From: Heteronotia binoei
Lineage: Eukaryota
Assembly (NCBI RefSeq): GCF_032191835.1
Contig: NC_083231.1
Coordinates: 126,170,001-126,234,000, forward strand
Reading direction: 5' to 3'
Length of the DNA: 64,000 bases
The first letter of the stretch is position 1. Each line of letters starts with the position of its first letter. The notes beneath the pieces are model-generated. The model was given only the letters and a program-made list of their open reading frames with translations, did no database searches and was not told the DNA's origin. This document shows positions 11,581 to 40,357 of the stretch, one piece after another. The position numbers and the translations under genes were made by a program.

Positions 11581-11932
11581 GCAAGTATAAATATCCAAGT
11601 TGGTGGTTGAGTTGTGTATTTATTTATGGCTCATCCTTAAAAACTGCGGGCCTCTCAATTGCCCAAACCTTTCCTGAGCAGGGAAAAGCCAACCCTAGCT
11701 GGGGGGGGGTCCTCTTCTGACCCCTCCCTGGGCTTGAGTGGGTCCTCTCCCCACCACGCCCCCTGCACGAGTTGGAAGGCCTCAGCCAGGGGCAAAGACC
11801 AGGAGGTGTGCTTGGCACGGAAGAGAAGGCTCTTGGCCAGGCTGGAGGCCCCGCCCCTCCCAGTCTCTAGGCCTCAGCCAACTGCCCTCTTGGTCTGTGG
11901 GGAAGCCCCTGTGGCAGCCCCCGAAGAGGGGC

Positions 11933-22898
<10,966 letters not shown>

Positions 22899-23136
22899 GG
22901 CGGGGAGCCGGGGGGCGCCTCTCTCCTCTCCCCCCCCTGCTCGGGAGCCCCCCGGCGGCACCTCTCTCTCTCTCGCGCCCGCTCGCCCGCCTGCCGCCTC
23001 CCCTCAGGCCGCGTTGCCACGGCGACCCTCGCCCGCCCGCCACGCCCCGCGGCGCCCCCGGATGACGTCACCGCGCCCCGTTTCCATGACGGCGGGCGAC
23101 GCGGCAGGAAGAAGGCGGCGGGGCAGGGCGGGGAGG
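22899..23136. promoter_or_regulatory. Bidirectional CpG-island promoter of C2orf81/WDR54 with an RFX X-box and a CRE
   Basis: 238 bp separate the divergent ATGs. GTTGCCACGGCGAC at 23013-23026 has 2 mismatches to GTTGCCATGGCAAC. A perfect TGACGTCA lies at 23063-23070. Confidence 0.75.
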
Positions 23137-26100
23137 ATGTACCGGCGGGAGAAGAGCCTGGCGCTGAAGGGCAGCAGCTCCGCGCTGTGCAACAACCTGA
23201 GCGTCCTGCCGCTGCCCGCCAAGCGCCTCACCTACTTCGCCACCGCCCGCGGAGGGGCCCTGCAGCTGCTCAGCGCCGCCCACGACGGCCTCGGCGTCTC
23301 CCAGCGGCAGCTGCCCGCCAAGGACGCCCTCGCCTCCCTCTCCGCCTGCATCGTCACCCAGGTCAGGCGCCACCAGGGGCAGGGCCTTCTCTGTCACGGC
23401 CCCCTCCCGCCGGAGCAGCCTGCGGCGGGACCTTGCTCAGTTCCGCAGGGCCTGGAAGACGACCCTCTTCCGGCTGGCCTGTGACTAGCAACCAAGGGTG
23501 GTTTTACTAGATCTCTGCTGTCCTTAATGGTTTAATTATTTTAACTGTTTATATGCTTAAGCCTTATTTATGTGAGGTTCTATGTTGTGAGCCGCCCTGG
23601 GAAGGGCGGGATATAAATCATTAAATAAATAAGTAAATAAGCAAGCCGTCGCTGAAACAAAAGGGTTCACATCTGCACTGGCGACTGCAGCTGCGGTGAC
23701 CACTTAGGAGTCCTGCTGGACGTGCCCCCCCCCCCGTGCCCCTTTGTGCCCCCTCAGTGGCTCCCCCTTCACTCCTGCAGGGGGCGGGGCCTTCCTGCTC
23801 CCCCGCTGCCAGGATACAAAGAACAGGCGGGAACGCGCCCTGCCCACGTGGCCGGGGCCTCTGGTGCTCACCACCGCCAGCTTCAGGTTGGGAAGGACTT
23901 GGAGATTTGAGGGTGGAGCTGGGGAGGACCTCCGTGCTGCAGAATCCCCCCTCCCAAGCAGCCATTTTCTCCGGAGGAGCTGGGTGCAGCCAGGCGGGAG
24001 GGTCGCAGCGGCGCCTCGCCTCTGGCCTCTGGAGATGAGCTGCAATTCCAGAGGATCCCCAGGTTCCACCTGGAGGCTTCAATCCTTACATCCCACCCTC
24101 ACTACTTATTTAGCAAAATTTGAAGCGGCGGGATGTCAAAGTCGTCTTTTGCCTCAGTTCTCAGAGCTGGGACTTCTCCCCATATCTCTGGCCACCTGGG
24201 CCAGATGGAGTTCTTGGCTAAAGAAAAACTCACTTTTGATGCGGCCCAGTCTTCCAATGCCGACTGCTGTTGAACGAGGGCATCAGGAAGACCTCTGCTC
24301 TGCGACTTGGCCACTTGGGCCATGAGCACTTGCAGGAAGGCACTCTGCTGCATGTGATCTGAGCAGGCCCGAAGCCAGAAAAGTTTAGGTACGGGGGCCC
24401 ACGGAATAAAATTTCCAATGGAGCCCCTCCCCCCCAATCTCTGTGTGGCCGCTACTCTGGCACCCAGATCTCCTCACCAGTCTGGCGGCCCCCATCCCCC
24501 TTCGTAGCACCTCCCACCCACCCGGTGAAGCACCGGCTCTTGGGGCTCTTTCAAGCCACTCCCCACCCCCCGCCGATCAACTGATTGACGGGAAAAGCTG
24601 TGCTGAGGCCAATGCTCCTATACCGACCTTTGGACGCTCTCCGGACCAGCGCCTGCTGCCTCTGCTGCTTCCTCCTCACTTCCGTCCCCAGGAGGGAGCA
24701 TAGGCAGCAGGCGCTTTTGCAGTGGCTTGCTGGTCCGGAGAGCGCCCAAAGGCCTGCATAGGAGTGCCGGCCTCAGCGCAGATTTTCCCGCCAATCAGTT
24801 GATCGTGGGGGGATGGAGGGCTTGAAAGAGCTCCAGGCGCCGGCACGTCACCGAGTGGGTGGGAAGGAGGGGGCAGGTGCCACGGAGGGGGGCGTGGGCC
24901 GCAAGAGCAGCAGCAGCGGAGAGAGTGGGGCTGCCAGGAGGGTTTTTTTGGTGGGGAGGCCAGGCCCCCCGTGGCTACAGGCCTGGATCTGAGGCACACT
25001 CATTGGCTGCAGCGAGCTCCAAGGGGAACTGGGAGAAGCGGCAGATTCTTCCCTGCTCTGTCCTGCACTCTCTCTTCAGGCAGCCTGGTGTGTCCTCCCC
25101 TCTCGAACCCTGTTGGTGCTGACATCGCAGAAAGGCATCCAGGTGAGAGACCGGGCTCGGGTTGGGGTGCTTGTACTGGCTGGCCGAGGAGGACAGTGAG
25201 GCCGTGACTGGCAGCTGTGTTGGGGCCTAGAATTGCTCTGTTCCGGTGGACTGCTGGACCAGCCTGTTGCTGTGATTCACTCTGTGTGTCTGTTTCCTCC
25301 TTCCCCCCAAGATGTATGAGGCAGATGGCTCCATCATGGTGTACTGGCATGCTCTGGATGCCTCGGAGTCTTCTCCAGGTACTCCTTGGGAAAGCGGTGG
25401 GGGCGGGGTTGGAGCGGGGAGAGAAGCCATGCTCTCGAGCACACACCGTTCCTGGAGAAGCTGGTTCAGGAGCAGCTGCAGATCCGGTCCCTTCAGGGCC
25501 TGGGTGGAAGGATGCTGCTGTTGCTCCTCTTTAATAGGCTCTGCTTCTCTGGCACGCCCTCCTGCCAGGCTGAGGATGTATGTGGTGCTCCTTGCTTTCC
25601 CCCCTTTTCTGTCTCCTTTCCAGGACAGGCGGTCTTTGCTCGTGGGATCGCAGCCACCGGCCAGCGCTTTGTGTGTGTGGGTAAGCGACTGAGATGGGGA
25701 GGGAGGCAGCCAGAGATGGGTGAGGACGCTGTGGACCTGAGAGCCGGTGGCAGAGATTTTTAGGGCCTCAGGTGCGGAGCCACGTTGTGGGCGGTGTTTG
25801 TGTGTTCCGTGCCCACTAGCTGCTGTGACTGAGCTCCCTGCTGGAGGGGGTGAGCCAGGAGAGCTGCTGTGCTGGGTGCACAGGCCGGTTCCTGTGGGGT
25901 GCTGTCTGCTGGATTGGCTCCTTATGGCTGAGGGGGCCAAAGGCTGGTCTCGGTGGAAATTGGCCTGTCTCCTCCAGTAGGAGGGCAGGGAGGGTCCTCA
26001 GCCTGTTCCCTCTCCCCCTGCAGGGACCTCCCTGGGCTGTGTCCTCGTGTTTGACATCCCCTGCAAGGGCACCAACGTCACCCTGAGTGAGGTTCTGGAA

Positions 26101-28281
26101 GAGCACCGTGGGGCTGTCACAGATATTGCTGCGGAGCTCTGTGAGCGGCCGGTCAGTCCTCACCTGCAGCCCCTCAGCCCGGTCCTTCTCATTTCTTCCG
26201 TGGGCAGACTCTCTGGCCCCCCATTGCCCTGTCTGCAGCTTCTTGCGGAGCCAGCCTGCTTTCTGTTGTTGCCCCAGGCTCCTCAGAGCCCCGCGGCCCA
26301 CAGCTTGTGGGGGGTGAAGGCACGTGGGCAGTGTCTACTGCGGGAGGCAGCCGGCACCTCGTTGTAAGGGACCAGCTTCGGCCTTGTGCTGCTGGGCTGC
26401 GTGGCCAGCGTTCCTCTGCTCGCCAGCCACTGCTGCGGGCCTGACTCTGCTCTTCTGCCTGCCTGCAGGAAGGAAGGCTTGACCTGGTGACTGCTGATGA
26501 CTCTGGAGAGTTGTGTTCTTGGCGGTCTGGGGAGGAATTCCAGCTGGTCTCCAAAATCCCAGCTTCTGGGTAAGGCCGGAGAAGGAGGAGGGGGGCCGTG
26601 GGGGCTGGAGGAAGAAATGGGCTTCTTGCCAAAGCTAATGCCCAGCAAGGGAGACCAGTTGCTGGTCTGGTGGCTTGTGCTGGCGGAGGAACCAGGCGAC
26701 ATCTTGGGATGTGAGGGGAGCATTTCCAAGTTCTGTGCCTGGCAGCAGCTGCTCTCCCCTCACTCCTCCCCTTCCCCCCCCCCCCAGGTGCTCCTGCTCC
26801 TCTGTGAGGCTGTGGAATGGCGTGATTGTGGCCGGCTATGGCAGTGGGCACATCCGTCTGTATGAGGCAGCCAGTGGCACCCTTCGAGCGGAGGTAGCCG
26901 CTCATGCCCGCTGGATCTATGCCCTGGACGTGGCTCCTCTGTCGGGGAAGGTGAGTCTGCCCCCTGCTGGGATGCTTGGCACTGCGCAGGACACTGCCAG
27001 CCAGGGGCATTGAAGCCTCTCCCTCCGCAGTTTCTTCTGGTCTTTGCTAGTCCGTTGCCACTTCCTTCCGTAGCTCTCTGAGTCTGGGATGTGTGGGTGG
27101 GGGGCAGGGGATGCGGCCCCTCCCTCCAGGACTTTGTGCTCCCAAAAGAGGCCTGGCTGGAGTCCTGCAAGGGCAGGTGAGGAAGAGCTGCTCCACTCCC
27201 ACGAGGCACTTGAAGCCGCTGGAACTCCTTGCCATCAGAGTGCGTGGCAGCAACCAGCTTGCAGCCTTCTAGGAGAGAGGGGGTCTGCTGCTCTCTCTGA
27301 TGCCAGGGCGGGGAGCAGCTCTGCCCTGCTGAGGCTTGCCAGGGAGCCTCCTTCAGGTGCCCATCCAGCTGCCTGGCATTGGCCTTGCCTTCCCCCCTTG
27401 GAGTCTTTCGACCTCACCCTGCCCCAGGAATGGTCTTGGGGGCGACCTTGAATGCAGATCTTCCCAGCCAAGACCCCTCTCCTTTCCCCTGCAGCTGCTG
27501 TCGGGGGCGGAGGATTCCTTTGTGGAGGTCTGGGGGCTGGCTTACAATCCAGACACTGAAGAAATTGAGGTGACCGTGTGTATGTGTGTGTCCCCTGCTG
27601 ACCCTGAGTCCTGAATGTGTGTCCACTGTCCAGCTCAGCCATTGGCTCAGCCCCTGCCCCTCCCTACCCCCGCAGGGCCTGCCTGCCTGCCTGGGGTGGG
27701 CTGAGCTGGGACTGGGTTTGACCTGAAGACACCTAGAAGCTGCGCAGAGGGACATGTCTGTTTTTGAAATAAAGAACACCCCTCCCCTTCATCAGCTCCT
27801 CCTCCTTTGGCCAGGCTTCTGGTTCAACGCTGCAGTGAGCAGGCTAAAATGTAACCCCATCAGTCCAGTTGGATGTGTCTCAGTTGCCTTTGCTCAGGTC
27901 TCGAGGAGGCTGCAAGGAAAGGGGCCAAGGGAAAAGCCTCCTCCTGCCCCAGTTGTGCTGTCACATGGCAGCGCTGCCTGGAAAAAAGCAGAGAGTGGAG
28001 GGAGCCCTGTGCCAGGCAGACCACCAAGGGGGGGGTACCCCTTGTCCTTGACCACTGGGCGCTCTGTGCCTGCTGCATCCCAGGCAGGTCCTTGGCTCCT
28101 TTGTCTTGAGAGCGGGCTGCTGGGGGTGACTCCACTTTTCTCCTTGCAGATCAAGCACTGCCAGAGGGAATGTGTGACGGACACCCAGATCTGTGGTGCC
28201 CGCTTCTGCGACCCAGAGGGCAGGACCTTCGCTGTCACTGGCTACGACCTCAGCGAGATAATCCGCTATGTCCAGCTGTAG
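23137..28281 (+). CDS. WDR54: WD repeat-containing protein 54, 336 aa (exons 23137-23361, 25080-25142, 25312-25378, 25624-25680, 26024-26151, 26469-26569, 26788-26950, 27495-27569, 28150-28281)
   Basis: The spliced frame MYRREKSLALKGSSSALCNNLSVL...MVYWHALD...QAVFARGIAA...VFDIPCKG...VTADDSG...AGYGSG...DTQICGARFCD...AVTGYDLSEI matches WDR54 along its length. Phases are consistent (1011 nt). AATAAA at 28652 and 28664. Confidence 0.95.
23520..23640 (+). mobile_element. L2-type 3' end
   Basis: TTGTGAGCCGCCCTGGGAAGGGCGGGATATAAAT followed by (TAAA)n. A similar end lies at 38500-38625. Confidence 0.55.
24364..24985. mobile_element. Non-autonomous hAT-type DNA transposon with an internal long palindrome
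   Basis: Imperfect 15-bp TIRs (CAGGCCCGAAGCCAG / GTGGCTACAGGCCTG), perfect 8-bp TSD GATCTGAG (24356-24363, 24986-24993), and inverted arms across 24485-24902. Confidence 0.85.
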
Positions 28282-28811
28282 CGCCCACCCCCCCCCCCCA
28301 TGCAAGAATGGTGGGACAGACTCTAAGCCTTTGGGGGCAACGTTGGCTCTCCTCTCTGCGGCTCTGGGGAGTCTTGGCTGAAAGCTCCGGGGGGGGGGGG
28401 AGGGGGCTCCACTGCTTGGCGGGAGCAGGAATACTCAGCTTGCCTTGGACCCCTGGACAGGCCCTCAGCCCGGAAGCGGGACAGTCCGAGCCCCTGAGGC
28501 AGGGCCTGCTCCTCATTGCCTAGGTGGAGAGCTGAAGCCGCCCCCTGCCCCGGTCCTTCCTGCTCGCCCTGCCAGCATTGCACCACTCCGGGGGGAGGGG
28601 GGGCTAAGGGGGACAATGTGAGGGAAGGGATAAGCTGCCATCTTGCAGGGTAATAAATGTAGAAATAAATGTAATTTAAAAGTGTGAGATGGTTTTCTGA
28701 ATGTTTCCTCCTTGTGGGGGTAGCCTGCCCCCTTGGGGCCCCTCCCTGCTCTTCCCAGGTGGGGGAGACAGGCCTCAGCATGGCTTCTGAGCCTCCTACC
28801 TGTGGATTTAG

Positions 28812-28965
28812 GGGGCAGCAAAAGAGGAGACAGCTGGACAGTGTTATTGATGTACCAAACACGAATTTGAGCAGACTTCGGAGGGTGGTGGAAGACAGGA
28901 GGGCCTGGCGTGACTTGGTCCAGGGGGTCGCAAAGAGTCGGACTAGACTGTGCGACTGAACAACA
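28812..28965 (+). mobile_element. BovB/RTE-type 3' end
   Basis: GAAGACAGGAGGGCCTGGCGTG...GGGGTCGCAAAGAGTCGGACTAGACTGTGCGACTGAACAACA is the characteristic BovB 3' terminus, which BovB-dependent SINEs share. Confidence 0.75.
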
Positions 28966-30367
28966 TTTGTGAGTTTCCTGCCTTGTGCAGGGGGTTGGAC
29001 TAGATGACCCTGGGGACGGCAGACGACAGGCTGTTCCAGCAGCTCCCCTCAAAGAGGGCTCCCTCAGGGGCCTTAGCAGGTGGGACCGGAGCATACCGGC
29101 CTCCCACTGGCACAGACTTACCGACAGGCCTCTGGACAAGAGCAGGCCCTCCCCACCCTCTTTCCTGATGGCCAGGTGGAAGCAGAAGGCAAGACTGCCA
29201 GGTGTGCTGAGGAGAAGGCAGGAAGAGCAACTCCCTGCTGCCCGGGGGGGGGGGGGGAGCAGCCAACAAGGAACCCCGCCTTGGGGCCCCCGTGCCTGGA
29301 GAGCACCCTGGACAGCAGAAATACAGCCCAAATCCACAATACAAAAGGCTTTATTAAAGGTTAAAACAGTCCAATACTGAAAAGAGCGTAAGAAAAGGAG
29401 GGGAGGGCTAGGCCCAGTTCACAGTGGTTGGAGAGAGGGATGGCCGTTGGTCCCCTCGAAGCCCTTCAGGCCAGGAGTGCCACAAAGAGCACCCCCTGGC
29501 CGGGGGGGGGGAGGTTTGTGCTCAGCGGAGGGGGGGGGAGGGAAAACGGCGCTTAGAAAAGTGTAAAAATGTTTGTGCAGAATTCCTGGGGTGGGAAGGA
29601 AGGGAAGAGGAAGAGGGCGAGGCCCTTCCCCTCCCTGAAGATCACAGGACGGCTCCCCCCCCAGGTGTATGGAGGGAGGTCTCATCCCCCTCCTGCTGAG
29701 AGGCCGCTCTAGGGGAAGAGGCTGGCATTGTGTCCAAGGCATCACGTGGCCCAGAAGGGGTGCCAAGCCCTGCTCCACCCACCAGAAGGCACGCCTGAAG
29801 CAGCCCTTACAAATGAGGGACCTTCACAGAAACCCTACTCCCCCCCCCACTCACAGGGGCCCCAGCTCCTTCTCTCTGCATGCACCCCCTCCCTCCCCCC
29901 CTCCCCCCCTACAGTCACCTGGCTCAGCAAGTGACACTGCAACTTCACTTCCAGCCAGTCAAAGGGGTGCGATCCAGCTGCGCTCTGACCGCAGCTGCCC
30001 CCTTGCAAGCCGGGACCCTCGCCAGCACACCCTGCTGCTGCCTCCTCGCACCCCTCCCCTGGCTGGGGCCCAAATACTGCTAAGGTCAGAGGTAGCAACG
30101 AGAGGAAGGGCTGGTTCCAGGGCCACGAGTTTGCTTGGCCCCATCCCCAGACCCAGGGACGAGAGGGGCGTAAACACCACAGAAGAAGGCATGGCGGCAG
30201 TGGCGAGAGGCACAGGAAGGCGGGCGGGTGGGAGGGGAAACAACGCCAGAAGAGACCCTGCCCAACTGGCAGGGGCCAGAAAGGCCCCCCCCCGCCTGCC
30301 TGCAGCCCCCTGGTGTCCCCTCCCTGCTCCTTCCGGGTGGGGTGGGGAGGGGAGGGGCAGGGAGTGC

Positions 30368-36535
<6,168 letters not shown>

Positions 36536-36799
36536 TCAGGCTTGTCTGCAGGGCTTTCCCTGTTCTGTGGGGCTCTGAAGGGATTTGGCTCTGGCTCTGC
36601 AGGCGAGGCCCCCACCTAGAGCCAGGGGGTGGGTGGACTGGGCCTGTGGGCATGTGCCCCTTCCCTTCCTGGCTCACACACAAGGTGAAACTGCCTCCTA
36701 CCAAATCAGGGTCCATCAGTTTCTGTATCATCTGCTCAGACCCAGATCTTCTTTCATGTCATCCGTTCTCTGATCCTTTAAACAGGAGATGCCAAGAAC

Positions 36800-37912
36800 T
36801 AACAGGATGGTCTTGACAGGCTGGAAAACTGGGCTGAAACAAAGACTATGAATTTTAGTGGGGATAAATGTACAGCTCTGTGTTTAGGTAGGAAAAGCCA
36901 GATGCACCATTATAGGATGGGGGGAGACTTGTCTTTGCAATTTTTGCTCCCCACAGGGACAGTTTACTGCCTTGTGCCCCCCCACCCCGCTTGCCAGCTG
37001 TTGTGCAAAAAGGATCTAGGGGTCTTAGTGGACCGTACAATGAACATGAGTCAGCAGTGTGATATGATCACTAAAAAGGCAAATGCAATTTTGGCCTTTA
37101 TCAACAGAAGTCTAAAGTCGAGACCACATGAAGTGATGGTATCGCTTTACTCTGCTCCGGTTAGACTTCCCGTAGAGCATTGTGTTCAGTTTTGGGCACC
37201 ACAATTTAGGAAGAATACAGACAAGCTGCAACGTGTCCACAGGAGGGCAATGAAAATGGTGAAGGGTCTGGAGACCAAGTCCTGTGAGGAAAGGTTGAAG
37301 GAGCTGGGCATGTTTAGCCTGGAGAGGAGGCAGCTGAGAGGTGATAGGATCACCATCTCCAAGTACTTGAAGGGCTGTCATAGAGAGGATGGTGCAGAAT
37401 TGTTTTCTGTTGCCTCAGAAGAGAACCAGAACCAATGGGTTGAAATTAAATCAAAAGAGTTTCTGGGCCAGCTCAACATAAGGAAGAACTTCCTGACCGT
37501 TAGAGCAGTTGCTCAGTGGAACAAGCTTCCTTGGGAGGTGGTGGGCTCTCCTTCCTTGGAGGTTTTTAAACAGAGGCTAGATGGCCATCTGACAGTAATG
37601 CTGATTCTGTGAATTAGGCAGATCATGAGAAGGAGGGCAGGAAGGGCTGCATCAGGGCTTAGCTCTTGTGGCCCCTTCTTACATACCCAGGGAAATGCTG
37701 ATTGCCACTTTGGGGGCCAGTCAGAAATTTTTCTCTAGGCCAGTAATACTGGAGGTTGTAAATCCATCCATCCACATCCACATCTATCTTCTAGGTGTGG
37801 AGGAGGTGTCATTGGTGTGCGCTGGGGGGAGAGTTAAGTTTTGAATATTCTCATTGTGCAGGGGGTTGGACTTGATGACCGTGGAGGTCCCTTCCAACTC
37901 TATGATTCTTTG
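36800..37912 (+). mobile_element. 5'-truncated CR1 (second subfamily, ending ...CCCTTCCAACTCTATGATTC)
   Basis: ORF 36848-37612 contains [24 protein letters not shown] and LFSLERRQLRGD, followed by the 3' UTR. Confidence 0.9.
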
Positions 37913-40357
37913 AACTGACTCTGGGACTTCCTGCCTGTCAGCAGATGCTCTGCCTCTGAGCTGCACCCCCAGCTCCATCCTTCACCCAGCGGGTCTCCTG
38001 TGGCTGACCGGCTCCCCACCTGGGGCTCCACTGAGAGGGGCAGGAATGGTGCGGTCAGCAGGATCCATGGCTGCCTCGTGGGAGTTGTGGAAACGGTTGG
38101 CTCAGCATCCAAAGTTATATTTATTAAAAGGAAAAATGTTTGGAAGCATTATTTCAGTATAGCACCAGATTGAACAAGAGATCTCAAAAGAAACAGATAA
38201 AATTCAAATTCTCTGGCCCTCTCTTTATACATGCCCTATTCCTGTTTTAAGATCTGATAGACGTTTTAATATCTGGAAGATCAGGCTTTGAGAATCCAAA
38301 ATACAAGGACATTTAATGAATAAAAGTACACACAGTCCTCTAAATTCTGTTCCTATCCTAACAAGGTTGTTGCTGGGGCAGGCTACTTAAGGGGAGGCGG
38401 CTGTTACAGCACTGGCAATCTCACTGAACTGAAACCAGAAACATTGGAATAATCAGAATTTCAAGGTGCATCTTGGACGTAGTGATTGTAAAATGTATGG
38501 AATTGATTTCACTGTGTATCTTGTTTTAGCGTTTTATGTGTGTTTTTAACTGTTGTGAGTTGCCCTGAGCCCGTTAGGCGAGGGCGGCATATAAATTTAA
38601 TAAAATAAAAAATAAAATAAAACTTGGAAGTTGCCTCATTTAAAAGTCCACCAGGGTCTCAGTTCACAGCGCTGGGACTCTGCCCGTTGTCTCTCTGCAT
38701 GTGGGCAAGATGGAGCCCCTTGGTAAATGCTGAGTCCTTGAGGGCTTGGATCTCTCTGAGGACGATGAACAGAGAGAAGCAGGTTTCTTCTCCCGTCCTG
38801 AGACTGTTGTCTTCCCTTACACGTCCATCACCCTCTGGAGTCAGTCCCTGACTTCCTGCCCCAAAGGAAGCAAAAATGTGCTCTTTGGGGGGCTTTCCCA
38901 TTCCCTGTCTGCTTAGGGCAGGGCATCCCAGCAGAGGTGTGAGAGATGCTCGGCCGTTTGTCTTGCTTCTCCAGGAGCCATCTGCATCCCTGAGGGCTCT
39001 TCTGTGCTGAGGGCTCATCCTTTGGGGCAGTGGGGCCTGCCTTCTCAATGGCTGGATGACTGGGGCAAATTCTGGGGCAGGAGGACATTTCTCTCCAAGG
39101 GAGCACCCTCTGGAATGATGCAGTTCATTCTTCCCTGCTCAGTTTGGCTGTGCTGTGTGTCCTGGCAACCACCAGCGGATTTCCCCATCACCACGACTGG
39201 ACCAGCTCAGGGGTTCACTGGATATAAAATTTGGGGTTGTTCAAGTCAGAAAAGGAACAATAAAAACAACACTTTACAGAATCCCCTCCTGGGTCATTTT
39301 CCTCCCTCCTCCAGAAGCTGAGTAGGCGGGCTTCATCCGGGGATGGGTACAAGAGACCTTCGAACTCTTCCTTCTGATACTAGGTCAGTCCAGAAGGTGA
39401 GCAAGACTCCTCGCCCTTTGCATCAGTCTCCAGCCTCACTCATTTCTGTGTGCGGGGTGTGCAGCCAATCCGGGCCCCTGGATGACAGAAGAGGCCCGAT
39501 GGGAGAAGGGAAACAGCTGAGACATCAGTGGGAGGCCCATTGGAGCCTCCAGAAGCTGAGAACAGAGGGCTTGCCGGGACTTCTGTTGGGGCAGCTTGGA
39601 GCAGGCCATGGGGGCTGCGTCACTCCAGTCCTGGCCCATCTGTACTGCCTCCCAGTTTGTTTCCAGAAATTGGGGCTGACCTAGAAAGTCCTATATGGTT
39701 TGGGGCTAACATAACCAAAGGACCACCTACTCCCTTAGAGATCTACCAAGCTGCTAGGGGCATCTCCTGAGACCCTGCTGTGGATGCTCCCACCTTCTGA
39801 GATTAGGCAGGGGAGGGTCTTTTTGGCGTTTGGTGTGGTGGTTAAGTGTGCGGACTCTTATCTGGGAGAACCGGGTTGGATTCCCCACTCCTCCACTTGC
39901 ACCTGCTGGAATGGCCTTGGGTCAGCCAGAGCTCTCTTATCTGGGAGAACCCGGTTGGATTCCTCACTCCTCCACTTGCATCTGCTGGGATGGTCTTGGG
40001 TCAGCCAGAACTCTCTTATCTGGGAGAACCGGGTTGGATTCCCCACTCCTCCACTTGCACCTGCTGGAATGGCCTTGGGTCACCCAGAGCTCACTTATCT
40101 GGGGGTACCTGGTTAGATTCCCCACTGCTCCACTTGCACCTGCTGGAATGGCCTTGGGTCAGCCAGAGCTCTCTTATCTGGGAGAACTGGGTTGGATTAA
40201 CCACTTCTCCACATGCAGCTGCTGGAATGACCCTGGGTCAGCCATAGCTCTCTTATCTGGGAGAACCGAGTTTTATTCCCCCCTCTTCCACTTGCACCTG
40301 CTGGAATGGCCTTGGGTCAGCCAGAGCTCTCTTATCTGGGAGAACCGGGTTGGATTC

